DNA of 64,000 nt from Octopus vulgaris (GCA_951406725.2 OX597817.1:119288001-119352000); one strand, 5' to 3'. Positions 26,985 to 41,840 are shown, counted from the stretch's first letter. Program-made: numbers and translations. Notes: a model not told the origin generated them from the letters alone.

Positions 26985-29039
26985 TTCCAGGTCAGCCTTG
27001 TTCAAGCAGTCCTTTGATCAAAGCTGTTTCAGCTGGGACCATTATTTCTTGATGCCATAAGCACTCTGTCAGTCAAGGAGTATATGATTCAATGAATCTT
27101 CAGTGTGTTTTTTTTTTTTTTTTAAGTCGACAGGATATGATTTGAGATTTAGTAGCTGTTTCTAAGAAATACCGCAACCATATAAAAAAGGGCTCCTTCT
27201 TTAGGTTGAACTTCGGAATACAATGTTGGTATTTTTTAAACTTAACCTATGTGTATATAGCAATGAGTTTGACAAGATAATCTACAGAACTGGAATTTTC
27301 TGATATATGAATACAGATATATTATGAAAATACAAAACCATTGTTTACTCATAACTGATTAACACAATGATTTATTACAGAGAAATGAAAAAAGAAATTC
27401 ATATTGTAGAAGTAACTTTATGGTTATATCATTGGCTTGTCTGACACAAACATTTCAAACTTCAAAATTACATTAACAAATGACCCTGTAATTTCAAATT
27501 TATTCATAACAGTTTCAAATATTTAACATACAAATATTTTGCAAACTGAAGAGATTTAAACAGACTTTCTTTAACCAGTTCAATGTCAGGTAGTTTTCAA
27601 AGTTTGTATGTTAGCTATTCAGCAATGAAAATCTCTACATACCAATAAATAAAAAATATACAAATATATATAATCAGTGAGTTTTAGCCCAGATTCTTTA
27701 AACAAAGACAGTAGCAATTTAATTATAGTGACAATGTGACAGAATTCTAGATTTTTAATATCTAAAATTTAATTAAACATTAACAACTTCAGTTATTAAT
27801 GTAAACTGAAGCTCAGGTTATTAGCTGAAACTGAATCAAATTATGTGAAGAAAAGATATAACTTGTTGCTTAGCCAATGATAACCCAGAGTAAACCTATG
27901 ATCAAAGGCATACCAACTTTGACCTTACTATCTAATACTTAGATATAGTATATCTAAGAGTAGATAATCAAATGTGTTCTTTTTTTTTAGGACAATGTAG
28001 TCTCATTTGAAGACTTGGCTGCTAATTCTCGCTAGCAGAATAACAATATAGATGCTTCTTCGTTTGTGCATAAATAAGTAGATGAGAGCAGTAGCCATTG
28101 CAGGAATGGTGCAAGTAGTATAAAGCAGATACAACATAACAGACTTCCAAGAGAGTCAGTTTCAAATAATAGGTTTATCAAACAGGCAGATGACATGTCT
28201 TTTGAAGAAGTACAATATCTTTTTGATGTAAGATGTACTATTCCAAATGTTATTGTAATATTTTATGCTGGGAGACATTTCAGTCTTGTAAGGAGTTTTT
28301 TTTTTTTTTTGTTCTGAAGCTTACGATTGATCTCTCCATTATGGTTTTGGCTTAAAAATTGTGAGAACTAGTTTGCTTAAAATTCCTAACAATATTAGCT
28401 GCAAGATTTTCATCAACAAAAAGATGACAATTTGTTTCTCTGTGACTGGTTAATATTTTGGTTCTAAGGATTTTAACTGTTCCAGGTTCTAAGGATTTAA
28501 TAGTTGGGGCAGTTGACACATTTTAATTTTGGCTGATAAGTGCATTAACACATAGGTTAAATTGTAGTTAAAAGAAAACCTAGTAAAAGTAGAGATAACA
28601 TTTAGAGGTTTGATACAAAACTGCAAATGACCAAATCTTTGGCAATATGCTTAAACAAAGGCTAAAATAATTTTCACTTTGGCAAAAAGCAAAAATTTGT
28701 AGGGACAATTATAGTTGCTTGGACTGACCTTTAAACAATATCTATATGTATTTTCTCAACTCTAGAAATGAGGAGAGAAAAATCAACCCTGATGGGATAT
28801 GAACTCGGAACATACTGGAGAAAATGACACTGAACTGGCTAAATGTAAAGCAAATTTGTAACTTAGAAACATGAAAATAATATTTAGAGCAGCAAAAAAA
28901 GTTGCTTGGACTATTAATTCCATTTCAATGTTCATCTCAAATATGGGATAGGGACATGGAAAAATATGGGGTAGGGAGACTAAAACCACACCAGTTATAG
29001 TAATATTTTGGAATTCAGTTCTTATTACAAATGAATGCA

Positions 29040-29089
29040 TGTATCTGTCTATGTATGTGTACATATGTGTGTGTCAATATATATGCATG

Positions 29090-29120
<31 letters not shown>

Positions 29121-29155
29121 AATACATATATATATATATATATATATAAACATGT

Positions 29156-29235
<80 letters not shown>

Positions 29236-29270
29236 TACATACACACATACATACACACACATACACACAT
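29040..29270. repeat. Compound (TA)n/(CA)n microsatellite
   Basis: Directly visible. Confidence 0.95.
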
Positions 29271-30254
29271 TACTACAAAGACATATAACACCCAAATGTA
29301 ATTAGAGTATATATTTAAAAAAATATGGAGTAAATAAACCACAACCTGTGATTAATAGTCCACTCAATTTTCACTTCTCCAGTAATGATTCATTTTACTA
29401 AGTATGGAGTAGTAAATAATATCAATTTTTTTTTCTTTCGTTTTTTGCAATATGTAACATCTTATCAGAATTTCTAAATTCAAAAAATCAGAGTGAAAAT
29501 AATGGAACTGTAATTTTAAAAAAATAGACTATGTTTCTTTAAATAAAATAATAATAAACCAACAATAAAATAAAATATCAAAACTTTTAAAAAGGTTAAC
29601 ATTTTTCTATATTTATGAAACTTTTTTCAACTAATTATCATTTTCTTTTTTTCAGTTACTAAAATTCATATATAAATGTGTCCATTCTGATATTTTACAT
29701 AGATTTGTAAGAAAGATTTTTATTTGGTAAATTGATAAGTAGTTTCTTAATAGCATTAATTCCTGAATAATAAATAACAGTTATATTTCAAGAGCAAATC
29801 CAAAGATTTGCACACTGCTATTTATCTTAGAGTAAAAATATCTCAGTCAATTAATATCTACTTAAATATAGATATAATTCTGAACTCAAATATCAGTTTG
29901 GACTACTAATTTAAGAAACATTTTAAAAATCATGTAATTCTGGAGGGTAGGATGAGGATGGTGGTGGTATTGGTAGTAATGATAGGTACAAATGACTGTC
30001 AGGGTAGAATTTTGAGAATGAAGGTTTCATTTTTTTTTTAATGAACATTGATTAACAGTGAAGAGTAATTTCACCTTGGATTGGTCCTAGTGTCTGTGGA
30101 TAATCCATCTGCCACTTCAATAGGACACTTTGTTCCGATCTGGTACCTCACATGTAAAATAATGAAATAACACTGAATTGGGCTAAACATATCTATGATA
30201 TGAAATAGAATCAAATTTACAGCTAAGATTTAATTTAAAAGATAAACAATCAGA

Positions 30255-30461
30255 GGGCGTATCCAGGTTTAGATTACTTCCTCTGCTTAATAAATTTTGG
30301 AATATATGGGGAGGTATTTTAAACTTGCATTATAAAGTTTATGAGAGGTTGAACAGAACAATTTCAATGTTACATTAGATTGCTGGGCATTGGTGTGCTT
30401 TATTGCAGTCACTGCATATGTGATAGATTATTTTATTAAGGTGGGTTTCCTCGATACGCCC
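30255..30461. mobile_element. Small MITE relic with PIF/Harbinger-like termini
   Basis: gggcgtatccagg (30255-30267) and cctcgatacgccc (30449-30461) are 12/13 inverted, and are GC-rich within AT-rich DNA. Confidence 0.5.
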
Positions 30462-31157
30462 AAAGAGTACAAATCATATTAGTCTATTTTCTTCATAAAT
30501 ATCATATCACAAACACACAGCAATGATTTAGAGTTTACAAAAGTGTGTTCTTTATTTATGGTTAAGTCAAGACTTTGGCAAACAACATTGCTAAAAAGGA
30601 ATATTTTTCTGACAAGAGTATTCAGTTAGAATGTCTTAGAAGTATTATGATTATATACGTACTAAGCATTCAGATAAAACCAGTCCACCATCCATTGTTT
30701 TATGCATCTGCAGAGGCTGTACTTAAATCTTATTGATTCCCCGAAAATGGTTTTCAATGAAGCTTACATCATATAGTAAAAGTTACATTTTGCCAATAAC
30801 AATGTCATATAAGATTTATTGTTTATTTAACTAAGCTTTCACAAGAAAATTTATACAGTAATTATTTCATAGATATTTAGAACAAATATTTCTTTTATTA
30901 AAAGTGTTAGAATTCTGGACAGTAAACTGGTATTATTTACAAGAAAATATAAATGTTAATTTTTTAAAAAATGGTTAGTATAGATTTCTGAAAGAAAATG
31001 CAAATTATTTAAAATCCTCTTTCTCAAAAGGAAGCCGAGCTCTACTTCAAAAACATTTTGATAAGAAAAGAAACAAATTACAAGAGGCTTCTTTGATTTT
31101 TAAGATGATTTCTAATGGTATGTTAACACACACATTACATGTGTGTGTGTGTGTGTG

Positions 31158-31209
<52 letters not shown>

Positions 31210-31243
31210 GTATACATAAATGCATACATACACATATGTATAA

Positions 31244-31279
<36 letters not shown>

Positions 31280-31757
31280 GCACATGTGTGTGCATATACA
31301 TGTATAAAAAATTGGTCTACAAAACGTAGCAGTGCATATAGCTTTTACTGGCCCTCCAAGGTCAATGATATTGTTGCCACCATTTGAGTGAAGTTTGAAA
31401 TCAGCAATGATATTTTTTTTTAATACATACAATTTTATATTTTCTCCTAGAAAATCATAATATTTTATACATAATGTATTAGCTTCATAAATGTCAAATG
31501 TTAAGTCACAATCTACAACTACAGAAAAAAATAGGAAGCTGATCATTCTTTTGCCTCATCTTTAGAAAATCTTTCTTCTAACTGACAACAATGATGAGTT
31601 AGAAAAGACAAAAGTAAAGTGGTATATTCTGGTGAATTTAATGTATGCTGTTGGCTAAGTAAAAAAATGATCACTCTATGAAAGGCTGCATCCCAGATAC
31701 AGATCTCTGCATCTTGTTAATTTTACTCATGCAATAAATGCATGTATGTGTGTGTAT

Positions 31758-31814
31758 AACCCGTGCTAGTGCAGAAAACGGACGTTAAACAATGATGATG
31801 ATGATGATGATGAT
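31758..31814 (+). mobile_element. Extreme 3' tip of family B
   Basis: aacccgtgctagtgcagaaaacggacgttaaacaatgatgatg... Confidence 0.6.
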
Positions 31815-31947
31815 ATGAATGAATATATATACATGCATACACGTGTGTGTATATATATTTATATATATATACAAAATATTTATTTATATTACATACAAAT
31901 TACATATAAGCTACATACACATGTATGCATATATATACACTTACAAG

Positions 31948-31988
<41 letters not shown>

Positions 31989-32332
31989 ATATATACATAT
32001 ATATGGATATATACATATGTATATATCCATATATATACGCAAACATATCAATATGTACATACAGACATACACACACACATACACACAGAAATGTATAGTG
32101 ATATACACCACTCCAATAATTGTATTACTACACATAGAATTTAGTCTATCTTCAAATTAAAGTAAATTTAAGAATTGTTCATTGATTTATAGGTAAATTA
32201 ATAACTATCATACATGACTGCATCTTCAGTAGTTATATAATCTATTATCTATATGAGTGTATGTATGTGTATATACCTGTACATATGTGTATATTTGTAT
32301 GTATGCGCACACACACACACACACACATATAA

Positions 32333-32378
<46 letters not shown>

Positions 32379-32442
32379 TTCGAGACAATTTGGATTTATT
32401 CCCTAATATTTATTATTATATATATATATATATATATATATA

Positions 32443-32833
32443 TTTTACTTGTTTCAGTCATTTGACTGCGGCCATGCTGGAGCACCACCTTTAGTCGAGC
32501 AAATCAACCCTGGGACTTATTCTTTGTAAGCCCGGTACTTATTCTATCGGTCTCTTTTGCCGAACCGCTAAGTGACGGGGATGTAAACACACCAGCATCG
32601 GTTGTCAGGCAATACTAGGGGGACAAACACAGACACACAAACACATACACACACATATATATATATACATATATACGACAGGCTTCTTTCAGTTTCCGTC
32701 TACCAAATCCACTCACAAGGCATTGGTCGGCCCGGGGCTATAGCAGAAGACACTTGCCCAAGATGCCAAGCAGTGGGACTGAACCCGGAACCATGTGGTT
32801 GGTTAGCAAGCTACTTACCACACAGCTACTTCT
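32443..32833 (-). mobile_element. Family A SINE, full length
   Basis: Reverse complement of family A, from tttacttgtttcagtca to ctacttaccacacagctact. Confidence 0.85.
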
Positions 32834-33074
32834 AGACATATATTCATATATGTATATATGTATTTATCTACATATATATGAAAAAATGTGTGTGTATATG
32901 TATGTATATTTACACACACACACATATATATGTGTATATGTGTGAATATACAGTATATGAGAATGAAGAGGTTTGAGTTAAGACATGTAGATGTAGTTGA
33001 CACAAGGCAACTAGTTCAACAGTATGAGTTCTCATGGACTGTAGGTATTTCATTGTTATTTCATAGCAGTTGAT

Positions 33075-33770
33075 TAGCTGAGTTGTTAGAACACTATACA
33101 GAATGCCATGAAATATTTAATTACAGTTCTTTACATTCTAAATTCATATCCTGTCAAGGTTAGCTTTGAATTTCATGCTTCCACAGTCAGCAAAAGGAGG
33201 ACCAAGCAAATCTTAGGTAGATTTAATTAACTACATTCTTCTCTCCAATATTTTGAGGTTAATAAAATGCATTTGAGTCGTGTATTGCAGCTGATTTTTA
33301 ATTGGCTAACTTCTGCACACAAATTTGTAGCTGTGAGCAATTGCTAGAAATGCATGTTCTGAGTTCAAATAACAGCTAGTAAGGTCAACTTTTATCTTTC
33401 TGGGAGTGAAAAATATGTACAAGTCAACTGCTGGATTTCAGTATAATCAGCTGCTCCCTCCAGTATAATTTCTGCTTCTGTGCCTATGTTACAATTCATC
33501 ATCATCAGCATTATTATTATCATCATCATCATCATTATTATTATTATTATTATTATTATGGCAGCAAGCTGGCAGAATATTTACTATGCTGGGCAAAATG
33601 TCCACCAGCATTTCATTTTTATGTTCAGAGTTCAAATTCTGCTGATGCCAACATTGCCTTCCATCCTTTCAGGTTGATATAATAATACCAGTTGAGCATT
33701 GGAGCCAATGTAATTGAATTACCCCATCCTTCAAAATTGGTGACCTCGTGACAAAATTTGAAATCACTAT
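33075..33770 (+). mobile_element. Cluster of family C SINE copies; best copy 33560-33770
   Basis: ggcagcaagctggcagaat...gttcagagttcaaattctgc...gccttccatcctttcaggttgatataataataccagttgag. Bounded by (ATT)n. Confidence 0.7.
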
Positions 33771-33782
33771 TTTTATTATTAC

Positions 33783-33814
<32 letters not shown>

Positions 33815-33866
33815 GTAGTAGTAGTAGTAGTAGTAGTGGTAATAGTAGCAGCAGCAGCAGCAGCAC
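33770..33866. repeat. Graded trinucleotide array (ATT)n(AGT)n(AGC)n
   Basis: Successive motifs differ by one base. Confidence 0.95.
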
Positions 33867-34407
33867 AACTGCAACACTACTACAAATATTGCAACTGTGA
33901 CTGCTGCCACACATACTTCTACACATGCATACATAAACAGTGACACACACACATACACACACACTCTCACACACACACATATAGAGAGGTTTGTGTGTGC
34001 ATGCAAAAGAAAAGAAATGGTGCTTATGGCTTGATTTACTTATACATTTCTCAGATTTTCACATTAATACAAATTGTATGTGTAAAGCTCTTTGCACCAA
34101 ATGAGAGAATTAGCAACTGTTTATACATGCATGTTTGTGCACTCACACAAAGTACAAGCCAAAGTTACCACACCAAATTCTGCCTTAAGATATTTCCTGA
34201 GCAATATATCTCTGCAATAAATGAACATCATCATGTGCTTTTCAAAGAAACTAGGTAGCAATCTATTTTACCTTACATAAGCAGAAGTTGCACAATGAAC
34301 ACTTTCTAAATAAAGACTAGATTAGTTACTAGTGAAATAATTGCCTCGTTAGCTAGATCCCATGATATTTGTTTGTTTTTTGCGTGGCAAAGAGAGATTT
34401 CATTTAT

Positions 34408-34569
34408 AGGAGTGGCTGTGTAGTAAGTAGCTTGCTTACGAACCACATGGTTCTGGGTTCAGTCCCACTGCGTGGCACCTTGGGCAAGTGTCTTCTACTA
34501 TAGCTTCAGGCCGACCATAGCCTTGTGAGTGGATCTGGTAGACAGAAACTGAAAGAAGCCTGTTGTGTG

Positions 34570-34606
<37 letters not shown>

Positions 34607-34820
34607 ATGTTTGTGTGTCTGTGTTTGACCCCCCCACCCCCAACATTGCTTGACAACCGATGCTGGTGTGTTTACGTCCCTGTAACTTAGCGGTTCAGCA
34701 AAAGAGACCGATGCAATAAGTACTAGGCTTACAAAGAATAAGTCCTGGGGTCGATTTGCTGGACTAAAGGCGGTGCTCCAGCATGGCCACAGTCAAATGA
34801 CTGAAAAGAGTAAAAGAGAG
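34408..34820 (+). mobile_element. Family A SINE, full length, with possible target-site duplication
   Basis: aggagtggctgtgtagtaagtagcttgc...gtcaaatgactgaaaagagtaaaagagag. Flanks agagagatttcatttat (upstream) and agagagttcattttat (downstream) resemble an imperfect TSD. Confidence 0.85.
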
Positions 34821-37044
34821 TTCATTTTATATAAATAACATTAAAGTTCTATTAAGAATCTTGAAGAAGCAATATTATTGTTTAGTCTCATTATAGAAGA
34901 TGCAACTAGATTATTGAAAACATTATTAAGGAAAAAAATTCAAAATAAATTGTAATATGTAGGTGGCTATTTTGTACTTCTTTGAAATAAGCATTATTTA
35001 AAATATCAAAAATAAATTATTCACTTCTCCTATAGTGGGTGTATGTATATTTGTGCAAGTATATAGGTGTGCACATGTGTGCATTGTATACATGAACACT
35101 TTTGACATTCAAGCTATGGTAAATAAATATATTTGAGAATAAATGACTTCAAGTTTAAAACCTGATTACAAGCAATGCTCATGAGGAATTCTGTCTCTAA
35201 CAGAGATTTCTTCCATTGACATAAGAACAGGCAAAATTAACAGAATTCAATTACTGACATAAACAGAATATAAAATAAATTGAACCTCAGCAGGATTAGG
35301 ACTTGGAAAATAGAAGAAGGAAACAATGTCTAAAAGGACTGCTATTATTTTTTTGACATTTCTTTACACTTCTTATAATAATTAGCACAGTTATTCAAGA
35401 GGAGTATAGTTAACAATCAATTCCTGTCTTTGGCTGGTGACTATTTTATCATTCCTGAAGGGATAAAATGGAAAGACAACTTCAATGGGATTTGGGCTTA
35501 GCAGATGAAAAGACATAACTAAGTATCATCTACAACCCTCAGACTTTTTTAATATAATGTTCATATAACAAAACCCTCAACATTTTCATAAATACATTCC
35601 AAAACTGCTAGGAGTGAATTAAAGATATCATACTGCTTATTACATTCTAATGATAATGCTACACCCTTTATGAATGACATAACAGCCACAAATATGGAAG
35701 TATAAATAATAATAATGATGATAAATACAATGAATAAGTTAAATAAAAGATCATAAAAGTTCAAAATAAAACCCAAATAAAATGATTCAGCGAGAACTTG
35801 CTGAAAGTGCTATTTTGCAAATTTTCTGATGCGTCAGATTAAAATCAAACCAAATTTCTGTAGAAATTATGAGATGAAACATTATCTAATAATTTGGCTT
35901 TAACAGAATATTTTCCAGAAAGAAAAGGTCCTACTTTAAAGTGTCTTTTATTGAAGCCAGTGTTCTAAATAGCTAAGTTATAGACATTATAAGGTTTTAT
36001 TGGAGAGATTCTCACTATTGTAATCAATTTGAGCAAAGATTCTAAATAGCTATAATGGATTTATAAGATCTTACTAAAATTGCAGCATGAGTAATTTGAG
36101 CCAAATTTCTAGATAGCTATAGCCAATAAATTATTATAAGGATTCAAAGACAATGCAGCATGTAGTTATACCTAAAGCTGTGTATTAATAATGACTTGAG
36201 ATAATGAATACAACCTCAAGAAAGTTTAAATGATAGGAAGCTTAAATGGAAATACAATAATGTGACATTTTGTGTCAGATCTTAAATATATTATTAGTAG
36301 TAGTATTGTGATGATTATTAAATTTTCTAATTAAATTTAGATCTTCAAGAAAGAGGAAGAAGAGACTGTGTTATTGCCAATATTCTTGTGTATTCATGTA
36401 TTATGGTACTGCTTGCATTGCTAGTACTTGGTTTTGCTAATATTACTGCAGTATGGTAAAAATATATTTAAAATATTTGTTTCCAACATCTGAATGAGGC
36501 TCAAGGTCACAATGAAGAAGAAACTGTAAGTTGCAACAGCATGCTGCCAATATTTATGCTTTTCATGAAAAAATAAAAGCAGAAAAAAAATATCTTCAAA
36601 TATGACTCAACTTCTTGGTAACTTACTTTCACTCAATGAGATTGAATTATTAGTAAATGGTTACACGAGTACACTGCAGATTGCATTATATGTAAAGTAC
36701 TGATGTAACCAATTCCAAGTTAGGCACCGACATGGCACCTGAGAATTGATGTTCTGCTTTTGTGTACACCCACATCTGTTGAAAGCAAATCTAAACTAAT
36801 TTATCAGCAATGAATAGAAAATAATATTTAAGCTAAGAACGAATGTCTACTTGGTAAACCACACAGCATTATTCCAGACCAAGCTCAAAAAGATGTCTTT
36901 TTTGACCAGAACATTTCTTGGAAAAAAAAGTTACTATGATATAAAAACCCAAAAATCAATCTAAAATGCTTTTGAAAGATCCCAGTAGACATAACAATGA
37001 TAATGGAATAGTAATGTATCCCCATGCTAATAGTATGAGACTGT

Positions 37045-37188
37045 GTATATATATATATATATAAATATATATGCAAACATACATACACATATACATATAT
37101 ACACACATACATACATACATACATACATACATACATACATACATACATACATACACACATACATACATACATACATACATACATACAT
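37045..37188. repeat. (TA)n then (CATA)n microsatellite
   Basis: Directly visible. Confidence 0.95.
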
Positions 37189-39876
37189 AAATGTGCTTGT
37201 GTGTGTGTTTGAAGAAATATATTTAAAAGATTTCCAAGTGTCACACATTTGCTTAAACAACAATAAGAATATGACAAGGTGCATCGCACATATCAGGTAA
37301 GACACTCACCATAAACTGAATACCAAAAAAAAAATACAGAGTGAAAAAGATTCCATGCACATGAGGCATGGATATTGGAAGTTCACACTACATGAAAAAA
37401 TGCATTTGAAAGGGAAATAATGCAGTAATGTTTTATTTCATTTTTTTGTATGTGTGTGAGAAGAGTAATATGTAGTTCATGGAAACTAATAATGGTGTGT
37501 ATCAGTAAAAAGTAAATATCAGTTGATATAGGTGGTAAAATTGAATATATTTGGGTGCCATTCGGAAAGGTGATTCCAGCAGTTCAGACAAAACTTGTCG
37601 TTGGGCCAGCCAAAAATATTAGAGTTTACCTTATTTCATGACACAGACTTGTATCTTGATTCTCCCCTTCCTCTCTTACACAACAAAGAGACAGTAGAAA
37701 ATACAACACAATACAGAACATCTAAAGAAGCATGCAATGGAAAGGAGCATACATTTCTATACATACATACGTAAACTGTTTAAATAATAAAAAGGTAAAA
37801 CATGTAGTGTCTATGAAACAGTATAAGACAGTTGAAAAGAATGAATCAATATATCCTGAAATTCCCATGACCTTCCATTTGAGTAAATGCCCCCACTTTC
37901 AACACTAGTTTATCCATGAAGTGGTTAGTAATACCAAGTGCCAATATCAAGCTCTTAGTTGTTATCAATTCTATCACTAAATGCTTTGATCCCAGGAGTT
38001 ATTTTGACTAATGTCGTATGTATTGTTATATGAACTCAAAATGTTTAAAATGCAGAACATAGGAGGCAATTTGTGCCATTCCAGTCTTTAGTTCAACACC
38101 ATTACCAATACACCATAATAGCCAACTATAAATTTAATTCTTTTTATGTTGCTATATTTTATTTGTGAAACACACAAGAAAATACAATACAAAATAATTA
38201 ACAGCAGCATTGTAAATAAAAAACTGCTTTCTTATTTTCTTACTGTAAAATATTTTACAATAGATCTCCAATAGCAAAACAAGAGTAAAAACAAAAGAAG
38301 ACAAAGGAAAACATATAACCTAAATAAGTTTCTTTGCTGGAATTTTCTCAATATCCATTTACAAAAAAAAAAAAAAATGGATGAAGAAATAATGAGAAAA
38401 AAAAAACCCTCATGATTTGAGTACAACAGTATAAATTTCTGTTATTGACATTAAAAGGTTTTGAGTTGTTTCAAGGGAAATAATATTTGGAAGTCATTCT
38501 GATGATAAAACAGAAGAAATTAAAGATAAACAACACCACTAAAGGAAATATGTCCATGTAGTTACTATGACAATGCATATTTACATTTAATTTCTTCCTT
38601 ATTATATTTCCCTCTAGTTTTAAAGTCTATTTGTTCTGTTTAAGTTATAAGAGAATAAAGATGTCATACTATTGCTATAGCCAACTTATGCCTGCACACA
38701 AAAAGAGATATTCAAATAGGAAAGAAACACGAATGTGTGTGTGTACATTTGACAACAACTATTACGAATCCATACATAGAAGTCATGCACAGCCACACTT
38801 GTGATATTTCTCTCGCTATTCAATGAGTGGAACATGAATAAAGTGTGTATTTGTATAGAAATAGATTAGAAGTTTTACTGAACACATTGACTATGTTGTC
38901 AAGGCATGCCTACTATATTACAGAAAACAGACAATTCTCTTTCTAAGTCCATTAGAAACAAAAATAGATATAAGTTTCATGCAATATCCTCATAAATCTT
39001 ATTTGCATCATCACAACTGTAAATTTCATCACCAGCTCTGAGGAAAATAGTATGGTGCTTTGAGAATGCATTTTCGGAATAAATACACAAAGATAAGGAC
39101 ATGGTCAATTCTGATCAAAGTAACACCATCAATAAATGTATGAAGTTTCTATGAAACCTGTCCCACACTAAAGCTACATATCATTTGTTTTCCCATTAAA
39201 ATATTAACATTAAACCTAAACAATTTAACTGGTTACAAATTACCAAATTTCTAAGAAATTTTAAAAGAAAATCATCTGATGTATGTGTTGTAAATGATAC
39301 TTGATAACACACTTGATTTTTACATATATTACATATAACTGACATTCTAAAACACTTTTTAGATTCCTTCATCAGCTCTCACTTCAAGATCACAATGATT
39401 TTGGTACCTTCCAAAAATACCATTCCCTCTAAGTTTCTATGAAATTCTAAGTTCTCTCAGCACACACACTGCAGCATGTTTTTTTCCATTATCACCCATA
39501 TAATCAATATACTAAACTGGGTCTAACAACTATTTTGTTTTGCTAATGACAAAGGGTTTGTTCTTTCCTCTGATTTTTTCTTTCATCTAAACAGCTCAGG
39601 CTATCTATATATATTTATATATATATGAACTGTTTATATGTGAACTTATGAGTCAGTCAATGAGAAAACACCTACTAAAAGCATTTTTTTTTTTGTTTTT
39701 GCTGGTTTTAATATTTAAAACTCATTCTTCTCATCAATCTCTCAAAATCCAAACGATCCAACTAATATATATCAGCAGTATCTTAATGCTAATTAAAAAA
39801 GATTCTAAAAATGTAATTAGATATCTAATACCTTCAAAATTATATATAGAAAATGTGCATACAGTGCATACATACA

Positions 39877-39910
<34 letters not shown>

Positions 39911-41840
39911 CATACATATGTTTATACACACACAAATTTGTACATATTTTTAAGAAATTATAATTTTATCCTCCCATTTATCCTGAATTATCAATTAGTT
40001 GGTTTAATTAACAATCAGTATGACAAAAATTGGATCATTTTTCATTACCAAACTTCAAAATTATCAGAAAATCATTTTTGAAGGTTTGCTAAGATAAAGA
40101 ATAATATATGGTATTAGATGATAGTGCAATTTAAATCATCTGATAAAATCTACTACAACATGGTCGTATCACAATGCTAAGGATTATTCTAAGTGATAAA
40201 TCAATTTTGCATCTTACTTATAAAAAAAACAAACAAACAAACATGATAATGAATTTTATAGATGACATAAGAACTTTAAACAGAAGTGAAATATTTGGAA
40301 TATATATATAGGATTAAATTTAAATTTCTTTTCTAGAGATACTGAAATGTGAACTTATAAGGCATTTGATTTTTCAAGTACTATGAAGAACATAGTTTGA
40401 ATTCCCTTCCACACACATTAACTAAGTATTACTATGGAAATATTGCATATACATGTATGTGTGTGTATAACGTTACAGAATGCTAGCACACACACACACA
40501 CACTGATTTACATTATAACTGAATTCTTATCTGATATATACTGCCAGCAGATTGAGTAGAAGCAGAATGGTATTACATAACATGATAAACAGCTATATTG
40601 AGATATATAGTGTAATATGAATTATTGAATGCTGGTGTAATATAGTATGGTATGTGTTTGCAGCATAGAAGCTTTTCTTCTTGCAAACAGTCTGTTACCC
40701 ACTTTCAGTTACTAGTTTTAAAAATTCACTTATCTTATGCATCGAATGCCCCAAGAAATAACCACAAATGTTACAATTTGATATTTTTCCTTCTCTTCAA
40801 TCATGAATAACTCTAGTTAGTCAAGAAATTTACTCTAGTTATCACTCGTATCTAAGATATAAAAAAAGATAGTGTTGCTAAAATATTTTTTGTATCATGG
40901 CACACAGTAGAGTATGGAATAGTAAAGCTCAATATGATATAGTAGGGATAAATTAGAGATAAAAATATTGGACGAAGATTCAAATAACTATAATATACAA
41001 TGTTAATATATTGCATCGGAATGAGCAAATTTAAAAGTATGTGTAATAGTGTATTATGCTCACTGTAGAGTAGTGTAGTTGCTTGCTGGATAATGTTGGT
41101 TAATATGAAAATTAACAATTGCAGTATCTATAGTGATGTATATGCTATGTAAAATCTGTGTAGGGGATAATTGCAAATAATATTGTGAATACTACATATA
41201 AAATCTATGTATAATGAATAATGCAAAGTTTATTATGATAATATGAAGAATGCAATTTATGAAAGATGATAATGTGAGTTAAAGAAATACATGACATAAA
41301 CATAAATATTTTGATGAAAAAAATGTTGAGTGTGTGTGTATAAGAAAGAGATAAAAGAGAAAGAGAGAAAAAAAAGTGGGAGAGAGAAGAGAGAGATAAT
41401 ATAATGATTTATAATATTCAGTGAGTTGGTAAAATGATTTCCATCAAGTTAATGTCTTCACAACAAAATGTTGGAAGTGTAAGAATTTAAAACACTGATG
41501 AAAAGGTTAAGTCAAACAATTTATGTTTAATAATGAATAAAAACAATTGGTATTATTGCTTATATTTATTCTCTTAGGAAGTAGAAGAAAAACTTTTGAG
41601 ATACTTTTAATTAAATTCAATACTCTATCGTATTGATCGATATGTATAAATTTTAAAGAAAATCATACATTATTGGAAAATTAGAAATCTAAAATTTCTA
41701 CTATTTAGATTTTGTATTTCTAACTTAAAAATGATTTTAATGAACAGGAGACAGCAATTGTTCATGTGCAGGGCTATTCATGACCAGATGATCATAAGAT
41801 CAAATCCTTACAGAAAAACTGTTATACGTGATTAAGAAGG

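Noticed and set aside
36484-36533. caacat-CTGAATGA...GAAACTGTA-agttg, a hammerhead-like spacing
   Set aside because: No stem II can form and the core has an insertion.
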